DNA of 64,000 nt from an uncultured Candidatus Rokubacteria bacterium (GCA_963826115.1 CAWGVS010000005.1:256001-320000), one strand, 5' to 3'; shown: positions 1 to 10,292, counted from the stretch's first letter. Notes: generated by a model from the letters alone, not told the origin. Translations and numbers: made by a program.

Positions 1-1383
1 CAGCGTCGCCTCGTCCCCGAACCGCGCGACGAGCTGGATGGCCAGCGGGAGCCCCCGCGGCGCGCCGGCCGTGTCGACCTGGCTCACCGGCAGCATGATC
101 GCGGGCTGGCCCGTGATGTTGAACCACACGGTGAATGGGGAGAACGTAAATACCCGTCGCCAATACTCGTCCACGTCCTCCAGCATCATGTCGATCCACC
201 CGAGCTTGACCGCGCCCGGGGTGGCGAGGCCCGGAGTGAGGAGGACGTCGAAGCGCTGGTGGAAGGCGGCCATCTGGCGGCCGAGCCGGTGGGCGGTCTG
301 TGTCGCCTTGACGTAGTCCGGCGCCGCGATGTGCTCGCCCCGCGCCGCCGTGTCGAACGTGACGTTCTCGACCTCGCCGCGACGGGGCGGTCGGCCGGCG
401 GTGGGGTGCGACCGGACGTTCACGGCGGAGTTGGCGGCGGCGATGGTCAGGAACGTCGGAACGACCGCGTTCCCGTCGATCTCGGGGTCCGCCTCGGACA
501 CGTCGTGGCCGAGCTCCGCCAGGAGGGCGGCGGTCTCCCGTACCAGCGCCGCGCACCGCGGATCGACCGGCGCGCCGTTCGGCGCGCGGAGCGTCCAGGC
601 GATCCGGAGCCGGCCCGCGGGCGCGCCCACCTCGGCGAGGAACGGTCGTGAGGGCTGAGGCGCGGCGTACGGGTCGCCCGGTCCCGCGCCCGCGGTCGCG
701 TCGAGGAGCGCCGCGCAGTCGCGGACACTCAGCGTCACGGCGTGCTCGGTCGACAGGCCGCCCAGTCCCTCGCCCGTGTACGGCGCCATCGTGTTCCGGG
801 CGCGCGTGGGCTTGAGGCCCACGAGCCCGCAGCAGGCCGCCGGCGCGCGGATCGATCCGAAGCCGTCGCTCGCGTGCGCCATCGGCACGATGCGGGCGCC
901 GGTGGCCGCGGCCGCGCCGCCGCTCGAGCCCCCCGAGATCCGGGTCGGGTCCCACGGATTCTTCGTCGCCCCGTAGAGCTGGGGCTCGCAGGTGAGGGAG
1001 AGCCCGAGCTCGCACGTGCTGGTGCGGCCGAACACCACCAGCCCGGCGCGCTTCAACCGCGCGACATGCTCGCTGTCGGCGGCGGCCGGCGGCGTGTCCG
1101 CGAAGAAGCGGGAGCCCCGCATCGTGCGGACGCCGGCCAGCGAGGCCGTGAGGTCCTTCAGGAGGTACGGGACGCCCCGGAAGGGCCCGTCGGGCAGGCC
1201 GTCGGCGATCGCCTTCCGCGCGTAGTCGTAGAGCGGGAGCACGACGGCGTTGATCGTCGGGTTCCGCGCCTCGACCCGCTCGATGGCGGCGTCCAGGAGC
1301 TCGGTCGGCGTGACCTGCCGGCGGCGGACGAGGTCCGCGAGCCCGAGGCCGTCGTACGCTTCGTAGTCGGCGAAGCCCGCCAT
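1..1383 (-). CDS. Amidase signature family protein (runs off the window edge; absent from ORF track)
   Basis: Manual translation from ATG at 1383: MAGFADYEAYDGLGLADLVRRRQVTPTELLDAAIERVEARNPTINA...GVPYLLKD...NPWDPTRISGGSSGG...SDGFGSIRAPAACCGLVGLKPTR. GGAGG SD upstream. Confidence 0.93.
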   Translation of the reverse strand, partial: MAGFADYEAYDGLGLADLVRRRQVTPTELLDAAIERVEARNPTINAVVLPLYDYARKAIADGLPDGPFRGVPYLLKDLTASLAGVRTMRGSRFFADTPPAAADSEHVARLKRAGLVVFGRTSTCELGLSLTCEPQLYGATKNPWDPTRISGGSSGGAAAATGARIVPMAHASDGFGSIRAPAACCGLVGLKPTRARNTMAPYTGEGLGGLSTEHAVTLSVRDCAALLDATAGAGPGDPYAAPQPSRPFLAEVGAPAGRLRIAWTLRAPNGAPVDPRCAALVRETAALLAELGHDVSEADPEIDGNAVVPTFLTIAAANSAVNVRSHPTAGRPPRRGEVENVTFDTAARGEHIAAPDYVKATQTAHRLGRQMAAFHQRFDVLLTPGLATPGAVKLGWIDMMLEDVDEYWRRVFTFSPFTVWFNITGQPAIMLPVSQVDTAGAPRGLPLAIQLVARFGDEATL

Positions 1384-1493
1384 GCGTATCCTCCGTGCGC
1401 GGGAGAGTGGGCGATTCCGGGGCGGACGCGGTGTCGGAGCTCAGCTGGCGGACGCGCGCCTGCGTCGCTCGCGCGGGGGTCGCGCCGCGTCCA

Positions 1494-1913
1494 TCATCTG
1501 GTCGGCGTCGCCCACGCGTCCTCGTCGAGCTTCCACGCGCCGGCCTCCTTGACCATCGTCACCTTGCCCGTGGTCGGCCGCCCGTCCCCCGTCTTGGCCT
1601 TGAGCTCCAGCACCGCCTTGCTCGTGCCGACCTGCTGGCTCGTGACCGCGATGTCCTGGAGCTTCTCCTTGGCGATGCTCATCTTGAGCATCTTCTCGAC
1701 CTCGGCCTTGGGCGCCTTCTGGAGGAGGGTCTTGTACTCCTGCGAGACGTGGGGAAAGAGGGCGTCCGGGGTGGTGGCCTTGCTCGCCGCATCGAGGTAC
1801 GCCTTGTAGGCGTCGAGCGGCGTTCGCGTCTGTGCGGACGCGGGTATCGCGGTCGCGGCGATGACGAGCGTCAGGGCGAGCAGGCCGAAGGCGTTCAGCC
1901 GGAGGGTTCGCAT
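1494..1913 (-). CDS. Secreted hypothetical protein (NTF2/DUF4878-like)
   Basis: Signal peptide MRTLRLNAFGLLALTLVIAATAIPASA, C-terminal GKVTMVKEAGAWKL, GGGAGG SD. Confidence 0.75.
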   Translation of the reverse strand: MRTLRLNAFGLLALTLVIAATAIPASAQTRTPLDAYKAYLDAASKATTPDALFPHVSQEYKTLLQKAPKAEVEKMLKMSIAKEKLQDIAVTSQQVGTSKAVLELKAKTGDGRPTTGKVTMVKEAGAWKLDEDAWATPTR

Positions 1914-2089
1914 GTCGCCGTCCTCCCTTTGGTGTTGCGACGAGCGTAGTCGACTCGGCGGGTGATCACAACCACGGAAGGCGGGTGTCGAGACGACCCG
2001 CGCGCGCCGCTGCGGGCGGAGGTAGCGCCGTGCGTACAATGGACCGCGGCGGCGTCGGGGCGCGTGACGGCCCGGCCGCCGGGACAGCC

Positions 2090-2767
2090 ATGCGGATCCT
2101 AGTCGTCGAGGACGAGCGCAAGGTCGCGAGCTTCATCCGACAGGGGCTCGAAGAGGAAGGCTACGCGGTGGACGTGGCCGTCGACGGGCCGGCGGCGGTC
2201 GAGCTGGCCCTCGGCGGGACGGCGTACGACCTCGTGGTCCTCGACGTCATGCTCCCCAAGCGCGACGGGTTCGCCGTCCTCCGGGATCTCCGGGCCCACC
2301 GGATGACCGCGCCGGTCCTGATGCTGACCGCCCGCGACAGCGTGCCCGACCGCGTGACCGGCCTCGACCTCGGCGCGGACGACTACCTCACGAAGCCGTT
2401 CGCGTTCGAGGAGTTCCTGGCGCGGGTCCGCGTCCTCCTCCGCCGCGCCGGCGCGCAGCGGACGCCGGTCCTCCGGCTCGCGGACCTCAGTCTCGATCCC
2501 GCGACGCGCCGGGTCACGCGGGGCAGCCGGACGATCGTCCTGACCGCGCGTGAGTACGCGCTCCTCGAGTACTTCCTCCGCAACGTGGGGCGCGTGCTGA
2601 CCCGACCCATGCTGGCCGAGCACGTGTGGGGAATCGACTTCGACCCGGAGAGCAACGTCATCGACGTCTACGTCGGGTATCTCCGGCGCAAGGTCGACCT
2701 CTCCGGCGAGCTGCGCCTCCTCCACACGACGCGGGGCACCGGATACGTTCTCAGGGCGGAGCCGTGA
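2090..2767 (+). CDS. OmpR-family two-component response regulator (CusR/MprA-like)
   Basis: MRILVVEDE receiver, LDVMLP, GADDYLTKPF, winged helix SNVIDVYVGYLRRK. TACAAT -10-like hexamer at 2035-2040. Confidence 0.95.
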   Translation: MRILVVEDERKVASFIRQGLEEEGYAVDVAVDGPAAVELALGGTAYDLVVLDVMLPKRDGFAVLRDLRAHRMTAPVLMLTARDSVPDRVTGLDLGADDYLTKPFAFEEFLARVRVLLRRAGAQRTPVLRLADLSLDPATRRVTRGSRTIVLTAREYALLEYFLRNVGRVLTRPMLAEHVWGIDFDPESNVIDVYVGYLRRKVDLSGELRLLHTTRGTGYVLRAEP

Positions 2768-4182
2768 GCCCACGGCCGCGGGCGCTCGGCCTTCGCGCGC
2801 GCCTGACGCTCTGGTACGGCGGCGTCCTCCTGATGGTGCTCCTGATGTTCGTCGCCCTCTCGTACGCGGCCCTCCGCTGGACGCTCCTGAGGGACGTCGA
2901 CAGCACCCTCATGGTCGTGGCTCAGGTCGTGCAGGACTCGGGGTACGCGGGGTCCCCGCGCGGGCCGGCCCTCGATCCGGAGGCGCGGCTTCGCGCTCTC
3001 CTCGGACCGGACTTCTACGACCGGGTCCTCCGGCTGCTCGACCCCGAGGGCGAGCTCGACGTCGACGTGTCCGAGCCCCGCGCCCGACCGCTTCCGCTGT
3101 CGCCGGAGGCGCGAAGCAACGCCCGACAGGGCGTGCCAACCTTCGAGACCATCCGGACCGGGACGAGCGACCACGTGCGACTTCTCACCATGCCCGTGAC
3201 GCGAGGCGGGCGCCTGGTGAACCTCATCCAGGTCGGCATCCCGCTCCGGCGGACCCGCGAGGCCCTCGACAGCTACCTGCGGGTCCTGCTGGCGCTGGTG
3301 CCGCTCGCGCTCGGCCTGGCGACGGTGGGCGGGGCGCTGGTCGCCCGCCGGGCGCTCGCCCCCGTCGGGCTCATGTCGCGCACCGCGCGGCGCATCACGG
3401 CCGAGGATCTCGCGGAGCGGATCCCCGCGCGCGGGGCGGGGGACGAGCTCGACCATCTCGCGGAGACCCTCAACGCGATGCTGGCCCGCCTGGAGGCGGC
3501 GTTCAGCGAGGTGCGCCGCTTCGCGGCCGACGCCGCGCACGAGCTCCGGACGCCGCTCACCGCGCTCCGCGGCGAGCTCGAGGTGGGGCTGCGCGCCGAC
3601 CGATCGCCGGAGGAGTACCGGCGCGTCCTCCAGTCGACGCTCGAGAGCGCCGAGCGGCTCGTCCGCCTCGCGGAGGACCTGCTCGCCTTGTCTCGCGCGA
3701 CGGCCGGCGGCCTCGCGCGGTCCGGCCCCGTGGACGTCGAGGCGCTGGCGCTCGGGGCGCTCGACGCCGGGGCCCGGCTCGCCCAGGGGCGGGGGGTCAC
3801 CGTGCGGCTCGGCGCCGTCGCGCCCGCCACCGCGCAGGGCGACCCGGCGGCCCTCGAGCGGGCGCTGCTCAATCTGGTCGACAACGCCGTGCGCTACACG
3901 CCGGCCGGCGGCAAGGTGGAGATCTCGACCGCCCCGGCCGACGGCTGGGTGGACATTGCCGTCCAGGACAGCGGTCCCGGTATCGCGCCGGAGGACGCGG
4001 CCCGCGTCTTCGAGCCGTTCGTCCGGCTGGAGGCCGGTCGCGCCCGGGAGGCGGAGGGCTCGGGACTGGGCCTCGCCATCGCCCGGTCGATCGTCACGGC
4101 CCACGGGGGCACCCTGACGCTCGACCCGACCCCCGGGGCCGGCAGCCGGTTCACGATCCGCCTGCCGCGATCGCATGACTAG
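2764..4182 (+). CDS. Sensor histidine kinase (2 TM, HAMP, HisKA, HATPase)
   Basis: GTGA overlap with the regulator stop. FAADAAHELRTPL H-box, NLVDNAVRY, DSGPGI, GSGLGLAI. Confidence 0.95.
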   Translation: MSPRPRALGLRARLTLWYGGVLLMVLLMFVALSYAALRWTLLRDVDSTLMVVAQVVQDSGYAGSPRGPALDPEARLRALLGPDFYDRVLRLLDPEGELDVDVSEPRARPLPLSPEARSNARQGVPTFETIRTGTSDHVRLLTMPVTRGGRLVNLIQVGIPLRRTREALDSYLRVLLALVPLALGLATVGGALVARRALAPVGLMSRTARRITAEDLAERIPARGAGDELDHLAETLNAMLARLEAAFSEVRRFAADAAHELRTPLTALRGELEVGLRADRSPEEYRRVLQSTLESAERLVRLAEDLLALSRATAGGLARSGPVDVEALALGALDAGARLAQGRGVTVRLGAVAPATAQGDPAALERALLNLVDNAVRYTPAGGKVEISTAPADGWVDIAVQDSGPGIAPEDAARVFEPFVRLEAGRAREAEGSGLGLAIARSIVTAHGGTLTLDPTPGAGSRFTIRLPRSHD

Positions 4183-4579
4183 GTCAGCGCTCGTCGTGGG
4201 TCTGGTGGTGCTCGGGTGCGGCGGGCTGTTTGCAGCCGCTCCGGAGGTGCCTCCGACCGGCCGGATCGCCCGCTGCGCCGTCGATCCCGTCGTCGGGACT
4301 CCCGGGGGTCCCTTCGCGAGCCTGCGCGTCACCTGCGACGACGTGGCGGCGCTTCTCGAGCGGGCCAAGGTCGTCACGGAGTGGCAGTGGCTCCACGAGT
4401 ACAGTCACGTGGCGTTCGGCGACCGGACGGGACGCCTGACGCTGGACGACGGGACCGTGCTGCGCTGGCTGGTGCGGCCGGGAGGCCTCGCGTGTCTGGA
4501 GTGGCCGGACGGTCGGAAGGCATACCTGGCGCGCTGCTGCGGGGAGCGGCCGCCCGAGGCCGGCGGCCGGGCGCCCTGA
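4175..4579 (+). CDS. Hypothetical exported protein or lipoprotein
   Basis: Overlaps the kinase stop. Hydrophobic N-terminus with LGC. Confidence 0.6.
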   Translation: MTRSALVVGLVVLGCGGLFAAAPEVPPTGRIARCAVDPVVGTPGGPFASLRVTCDDVAALLERAKVVTEWQWLHEYSHVAFGDRTGRLTLDDGTVLRWLVRPGGLACLEWPDGRKAYLARCCGERPPEAGGRAP

Positions 4580-4637
4580 CGGGTCGTTTCGGGCCGGCCG
4601 CCGGCCCGTGATCCACGCCTCGCGTACCTGAGAGAAA

Positions 4638-4665
4638 TCTCATCCGGCTCTCATCGACCTCTCAT
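4638..4665 (+). promoter_or_regulatory. Triple direct repeat TCTCAT-N5-TCTCAT-N5-TCTCAT, putative OmpR-family operator for htrA
   Basis: TCTCAT at 4638, 4649 and 4660 (11-bp period), about 105 bp upstream of the protease ATG. Confidence 0.7.
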
Positions 4666-4770
4666 TTTGGTCGTGCACGCTCCGGGGCAGAGACGGGCGA
4701 GGCCTCCACGTCCGGCATACCGCCGGCCCGGCACGCCCGAACGGAAGCGACAGGAGAAGGAGAGAGATCG

Positions 4771-6222
4771 ATGAGCACGCAAGTGCGTCGCCGAGGCTAC
4801 ATCGCGGCAGGCCTCGCCACGCTGACGGGGGCGGCCCTGCTGGCCATGATCCCGCAGCTCGGCTTCGGCCGGACGGGCCCGGACACGCTCTGGAGCGACG
4901 AGGCCCCGAAGGTCGCGAGCCAGCCCGTCACGGCTCCCGACTGGGTGAGTCTGGCCAAGGTGCTCAAGCCCGCCGTCGTCAACGTCAGCACGAAGAAGGT
5001 CGAGTCCGGCCCGTCGCTTCCGAAGGGCCTGGACCCGGACGATCCGTTCGCGCAGTTCTTCAAGCAGTTCGAGCGGAAGCCCCACGCCGTGCGGAGCCTC
5101 GGCTCGGGCTTCGTCATCCGCGCCGACGGCTATATCGTCTCGAACAACCACGTGGTGGACGGGGCCAGCGAGATCCGCGTCCGGCTGTCCGACGGACGTG
5201 AGCTGCCCGCCAAGGTGCTTGGCCGCGACCCGAAGACCGATCTCGTACTCCTGAAGATCGAGGCCACCGGCCTGCCGACGATCCCCGTCGGCGACTCGGG
5301 GACCCTCGAGGTCGGCGAGCCGGTCATGGCCATCGGGAACCCCTTCGGGCTCGAGCAGACCGTGACGACGGGTATCGTGAGCGGGACCGGCCGCGTCATC
5401 GGCGGCGGCCCCTACGACGACTTCATCCAGACCGACACGTCGATCAACCCCGGAAACAGCGGCGGCCCGCTGATCAACGGGCGCGGCCAGGCGGTCGGCA
5501 TCAACGCCGCGATCTTCAGCCAGACCGGCGGCTCCATCGGGATCGGGTTCGCGATCCCCGTGAACCTCGCCAAGCCGGTCCTCACGCAGCTGGCGGCCGA
5601 CGGCCACGTGACGCGTGGATGGCTCGGGGTCTCGATCCAGCCGGTGACGTCGGATCTGGCCAAGAGCCTGAAGCTCAACGAGACCACCGGCGCGCTGGTC
5701 TCGAGCGTGACGGACGGCTCGCCCGCCGAGAAGGCCGGTCTCAAGGCCGGCGACGTGATCGTCGAGTTCAACGGCGAGAAGGTGGCCCGCGCGGACCGGC
5801 TGCCTAGCTTCGTGGCGATGACGCCGATCGGGCGAGAGGTTCCGATGTCCGTGATCCGGGACGGGAAGCCCCTCCGACTGACCGCCAAGGTGGGGGAGCA
5901 GGTCGAGGCCAAGGAAGCCGCGGCCAAGCCCGAGAAGGCCGAGGCCCGGCTGGGCCTCACGGTCGAGCCGATCACGCCGCGCCTGGCCGAGGAGCTGAAG
6001 CTCCGCGACAAGGCCGGCCTCGTCGTTCGCGGCGTCGACGACGCGAGCCCCGCGGCCGACGCGGGCATCCAGGCGGGGGACGTCATCGTGGAGGTGAATC
6101 GGCAGCCGGTCCGCAGCGCGGCCGACATGCACCACCAGCTCGACAACAACGCGAAGGGCACGCCCGTCCTGCTGCTCGTTCATCGCGGCGCGGGCAGCCT
6201 CTTCGTGACCGTGACCGCGTAG
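4771..6222 (+). CDS. htrA: HtrA/DegP (Do) serine endoprotease with two PDZ domains
   Basis: GSGFVI, SNNHVV, DLVLLK, IQTDTSINPGNSGGPL, two PDZ repeats, N-terminal signal/TM. Confidence 0.95.
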   Translation: MSTQVRRRGYIAAGLATLTGAALLAMIPQLGFGRTGPDTLWSDEAPKVASQPVTAPDWVSLAKVLKPAVVNVSTKKVESGPSLPKGLDPDDPFAQFFKQFERKPHAVRSLGSGFVIRADGYIVSNNHVVDGASEIRVRLSDGRELPAKVLGRDPKTDLVLLKIEATGLPTIPVGDSGTLEVGEPVMAIGNPFGLEQTVTTGIVSGTGRVIGGGPYDDFIQTDTSINPGNSGGPLINGRGQAVGINAAIFSQTGGSIGIGFAIPVNLAKPVLTQLAADGHVTRGWLGVSIQPVTSDLAKSLKLNETTGALVSSVTDGSPAEKAGLKAGDVIVEFNGEKVARADRLPSFVAMTPIGREVPMSVIRDGKPLRLTAKVGEQVEAKEAAAKPEKAEARLGLTVEPITPRLAEELKLRDKAGLVVRGVDDASPAADAGIQAGDVIVEVNRQPVRSAADMHHQLDNNAKGTPVLLLVHRGAGSLFVTVTA

Positions 6223-6240
6223 TTCCTTCCAGTCCGGCGG

Positions 6241-6278
6241 GGGATTCCGTGCCGCCATCGCGGCGGCGCGGAATCCTC
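6241..6278. terminator. Long GC hairpin between convergent genes
   Basis: GGGATTCCGTGCCGCC-ATCGC-GGCGGCGCGGAATCCT inverted repeat. No clear U-tract. Confidence 0.5.
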
Positions 6279-6322
6279 GGCGCCGACCCTCTGTTCCGAG
6301 TCGTGCGCCTGGGGATGCGAGC

Positions 6323-7496
6323 CTAGGGTCGCGCTTCGTCGGTGTACGGCGCCTGGCGGGCCAGCTCCGCGATGAACTTGTCGGCGGCCGCGGCCCCGGC
6401 GTACGTGTCCACGCCCAGCAGCGCGTCGTAGCAGGGCAGTCGCGCCGTGAGCTTGGCGGCGCGGCGCTGGAGCACGGCTTCATCGACCGAGACCTCGCCG
6501 TCCGGGCTCGAGAAGGCCTCGGACACCTGTCCGGCGAACTCGGCCGTGAACCAGGCCGCGCGGAGCCGCTGGGCGGCGGTTCCGGCGTCAAGCGGCGCGA
6601 GCCGGATTCCGGAGACCGCGTCGCTCACGCGCGGGAACACCAGCATCCACGCGTCGGCCCCGGACAGCGGAGTCGTGCCCGCCACCTCGCAGAGCTGCGC
6701 CGGCGTGAGCCTGGCCGCCCCGTCACCGGCGGGCTTGCCGGGCCGCGCGCCCGGCGGGTCGCCCTCGGCCAGCGTCCGCGTGTGCTGATAGGCGCGGGTC
6801 TGGATGCGCTCGGCCATGGCCGGGAACGTCGCCAGCGTCGATGGTCGCAGCTTGACGACAGTCGGCATGCCGCGGAGGCGAAGGCGGCCGTCTTCCCGGT
6901 GGAGCAGCACTCGGTCGTTCGCGACGAACGCCGTCCCGGCCGCCTGCAGCGCGTGAAGCAAGAGCGTCGTCTTCCCGGCCCGCTTGGGTCCGGCCAGCAC
7001 CACGCCGCGCGCATCGACGGCAAAGGCGGCCCCGTGCACGAGGAGGCCGTCACCCCGGTGGCAGGCGACCATCGCCATCTCGCGGACGACCCGCATGAGG
7101 GCCGATCGGACGAGACGCGGCCGCGGGGGGACGAGGATCCCGACGTGCCCGCTGCGGCGATCGATCAGGTAGAAGGCTTGGTAGTCCGTGTCGAAGAGAA
7201 TCCGCTCGTCGGGCCCGCTGCCGGTCCATTCCGGATGGCGCACGATCCGTCCGTCGAGCGCGAAGCACGGCACCGGGGGTGCGTCCGGGCTGGGACCGCG
7301 CGCGAGCAACGCGGCGTGCTTCCTGGCGTCCGTGTCGACGACCACCCAGCGGTCGCTCCCGTCGGGGGCGCTCGCCTCGAAGGCGGGGGTCAGGAACTCC
7401 TGGAGCCAGGCGACGATGCGAGGGCTCGGAGCTGGCCACGCCCACCGTCAGGCGACCGTACCGGAAGCCCTGGCGGGCGATGGACGAGGGATCCAT
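6323..7496 (-). CDS. HprK-related P-loop kinase (one apparent +1 frameshift near 7414)
   Basis: GLLVHGAAFAVDARGVVLAGPKRAGKTT and ANDR motifs. Removing one base joins MDPSSIARQGFRYGRLTVGVASSEPSH to LAWLQEFLTPAF. Confidence 0.7.
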
Positions 7497-7513
7497 GGCC
7501 CGGGGCCCGCCGG

Positions 7514-8492
7514 TCACCGGGAGGGGAGCCACCGGCCGGCTACCGGGGAGCCTTCGAGGAACGCGTGGAGAGGCATCCAGGGCGTCCGACGCTCGCCCGG
7601 TACCCGCCTTGAGATGGAAGTGCGCCGCGTCCACGAGCACGGCGAGCGCCCAGAAGGAGAAGTGCGCCAGGTAGGCCGCCGGGCTCCGGTGCTCCGCGTA
7701 TCCATCGAGGAATGCCGTCGCCGTCGAATCGGCCATGGGCCAGCGGTACCAAGTCCGGGCCAGGTCGAAGTCGAGGATTCCGATCCGCAGGGTCTCGTTG
7801 TCGATGACGTGAGGGCGGCCTCCCGCGTCGCGGACGAGGTTCTCGCCGCAGAAGTCGTGGTGGACCACGCCGATCTCGGCGTCGGCGGGAGCGTGATCGC
7901 CGGCGAGGGCGACCGCGCGCAGCCGTGAGGCGGCCGACAGCGCCCCCAAGCCCTCGAGCGCCTCGGCCTGTCGCCGGAGGAGCTTCAGCCGTACCCCGCG
8001 CCGCGCCCTCCACGGCACCGCGAGGGCCGGACGCGGCACGCGGTGGAGCGCCCCGAGAACCTGGCCGCATCGCCGGGCGAAGGCCGGATCCACGTCGAGC
8101 TCGCCGAGCGGCTCCCCTGGGCGCCATTCCTCGATGAGGGCCGCGCCGGCCTGCGCGATCACGGCCGGAAAGTTCCGGCGGTCCACGAGCGCCAGGATGG
8201 TCGTGACGAGCGTTGTCTGGGCGGCGCTCGGCAAGCGCCGTCCCTTGAGGATGCGGCCGTCCGCCAGCTCCAGCCGGAACGAGGCATGCTCCACGGCCGG
8301 TCCCCACAACCTCGTGAGCGTCACGATGCGGCGGGTCGGGACGGCGAGCGCGGCCACGAGGCGCTCGAGGTCCGGACCCATCGAACCAGCGCCCGCCGTC
8401 CCGACGGCCGCGCGCGGTTCGGGTGCTTCGGCCACTCTGCGCGCCCTCCTCTCCGCCCGGCCCGAACGGACCTGAGTGTCCCGGCGAGGCAT
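7514..8492 (-). CDS. Aminoglycoside-phosphotransferase/choline-kinase-like protein (apparent +1 frameshift near 7572; start uncertain)
   Basis: LGALHRV, VVHHDFCGENLV (HxDxxxxN), VIDNE and DFDLA motifs. Confidence 0.75.
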
Positions 8493-8656
8493 CGATTCTC
8501 GCATGATGCCCGCTGTCGACAAACGGTTCGGCTGGCGGACGACGCCCTGATGGGGCGCGTGTCGAACGAGAGGGCGCACGGCTTGACGGTTTCGCGACCA
8601 TCGACGAAGATTTCGCGGAGGGCACGGGCCGCACCGACGGGCCCGTGCGGGCCACC

Positions 8657-9403
8657 ATGTACGCGCAGACGAACATCCAGCTCTACCAGCAGCTTCGATC
8701 CGATGGCCACTCGAGCTCGGAGCTGGCGGTGGTCGCTGCCGCGTACCGATCGGCCTCTCGGCTGTATGCTGGACGCTTCCTGGCGTCCGGCCGAGTGTTC
8801 ATTGCGCACGTCGTGGGTGTGGCAGGCATTCTCGGAACCCTCCGTCTTCCGATCGGCGTCGTGGCTGCCGGTCTCGTTCACAACGCCTACGGCACCGGCG
8901 ATTTCGGGCCCGGGCGGTCCGGGACGTCGGACAGACCGCGCCGGTTCCTCCGGCAGGCGGTGGGTGAGGACGTCGAGAGCTACGTCTTCGGCTTCCGCAA
9001 CCACCCATGGACCAGGCGTGCCATCGAAGGGGCCCTCGCCGACCCCGGCCGGTTGAATTCCATGGAGCGGATGGTCCTCCTGATGAGGCTGGCCGACGTC
9101 CTGGAGCACCATCGGGATCTCGACTTGCTGCACGGGGGCGACGCCGAGGCGCGCCGGGAGCGGATCCGGCGCGATGGATCTCTCCGGACCGAGCTGGCGC
9201 GCACGCTGGGTTTTCCAGAGCTCGCTTCCGAGCTCGACAGGGTGTTCGAGGAGACCCTCTCGTCCGAGTTGCCTCGCGAGCTGATCAGGGGCGACTCCCC
9301 GAGCGCGGGGTTTGTCCTCGCACCGCGCTCCTACCGGAGACGCTGGTCGGTGCGTCGCGCTCTGGCCTCGGTTATCGAGGCCCGAGACAGGAGCCGCTCG
9401 TGA
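8657..9403 (+). CDS. HD-domain-like protein (DUF6817-like), paralog 1
   Basis: YAQTNIQLY...ASGRVFIAHVVGVAGIL...AAGLVHNAY resembles the RelA/SpoT HD N-terminus with HN in place of HD. Confidence 0.7.
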   Translation: MYAQTNIQLYQQLRSDGHSSSELAVVAAAYRSASRLYAGRFLASGRVFIAHVVGVAGILGTLRLPIGVVAAGLVHNAYGTGDFGPGRSGTSDRPRRFLRQAVGEDVESYVFGFRNHPWTRRAIEGALADPGRLNSMERMVLLMRLADVLEHHRDLDLLHGGDAEARRERIRRDGSLRTELARTLGFPELASELDRVFEETLSSELPRELIRGDSPSAGFVLAPRSYRRRWSVRRALASVIEARDRSRS

Positions 9404-10281
9404 CGGCGCCGCCGAGCGGGTACGCACAGACAAACGTGCAGCTGTACCGGCAGATGCAGGCCGAGGGCTACACCGGGGCGGAGCTGGCGCGAGTCCGCCG
9501 CGCGTACGAGCTTGTGATGGTCCTGTTCACGGCGACCTACCGTCCCTCGGGCAAGCCGAACATCGACCATCTCGTCGGTACCGCCAGTATCCTGAGTCGT
9601 CTCCATGCGCCGGTGGAGCTCGTGCTGGCCGGCCTCCTCCACTCGGTCTACCAAGACGGAGACTTCGGCGGGCCGGTCCCCGGCATCACCCGGCGGAAGC
9701 GCGAGATCGTCACGGGCGCCGTCGGCCCCGACGCCGAGATGCTCGTCGCCCGGTACGCCGTCATGCGGTCGGATGTCGCTGACCTCTCGGTCTTCCGGGC
9801 CGAGATCCCGGCTCTGGATCGAATAGGTCGACATGTGGTAGTGCTCCGCCTGGCGGACGTGCTGGAGGACCATCTGGACCAGGGCGTTCTGTACTGCTCG
9901 AATGCGACGGGCCGCCAAAGGTCCAGTCGGCGGATGCGCCCGGAGCTGGTGGCGATGGCGGAGGAGCTGGGCGTCCCCGTCCTGGCTCGTGAGCTCGACC
10001 GGACACTGGCCGCCGTCGCGTCTGCCGGCGTTCCCGCCGAGCTCTGCGGGGCGCCAGGGCGGAACAGAGTCTTTCGCGTATCGCTCCCGTCCTATCGGCC
10101 CCGTCTGTCGGTGATGCTGGGCCGGGCCCTGATTCAGGGCGGTCGGCACGTGCGGTCGCGGCTGCGCGGGGGACTCGGTCGCGTGGGCCGCTGGCGTCGA
10201 TCCCGATCCGACGGGCGTCCGGCGCCGCTCGGGAGCACCGAAGCCGCGCGGCCGTTCGACGGCGGTGGCCACTCGCGCTAG
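9400..10281 (+). CDS. HD-domain-like protein (DUF6817-like), paralog 2
   Basis: GTGA overlap. YAQTNVQLY...RPSGKPNIDHLVGTASIL...AGLLHSVY...RLADVLEDHLD. Confidence 0.7.
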   Translation: MTAPPSGYAQTNVQLYRQMQAEGYTGAELARVRRAYELVMVLFTATYRPSGKPNIDHLVGTASILSRLHAPVELVLAGLLHSVYQDGDFGGPVPGITRRKREIVTGAVGPDAEMLVARYAVMRSDVADLSVFRAEIPALDRIGRHVVVLRLADVLEDHLDQGVLYCSNATGRQRSSRRMRPELVAMAEELGVPVLARELDRTLAAVASAGVPAELCGAPGRNRVFRVSLPSYRPRLSVMLGRALIQGGRHVRSRLRGGLGRVGRWRRSRSDGRPAPLGSTEAARPFDGGGHSR

Positions 10282-10292
10282 CCGAGCGCCAC

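Noticed and set aside
6323-8492. Lasso-peptide/RiPP cluster suggested by the HprK-like kinase
   Set aside because: No precursor peptide, PqqD/RRE, cyclase or peptidase gene was seen nearby.
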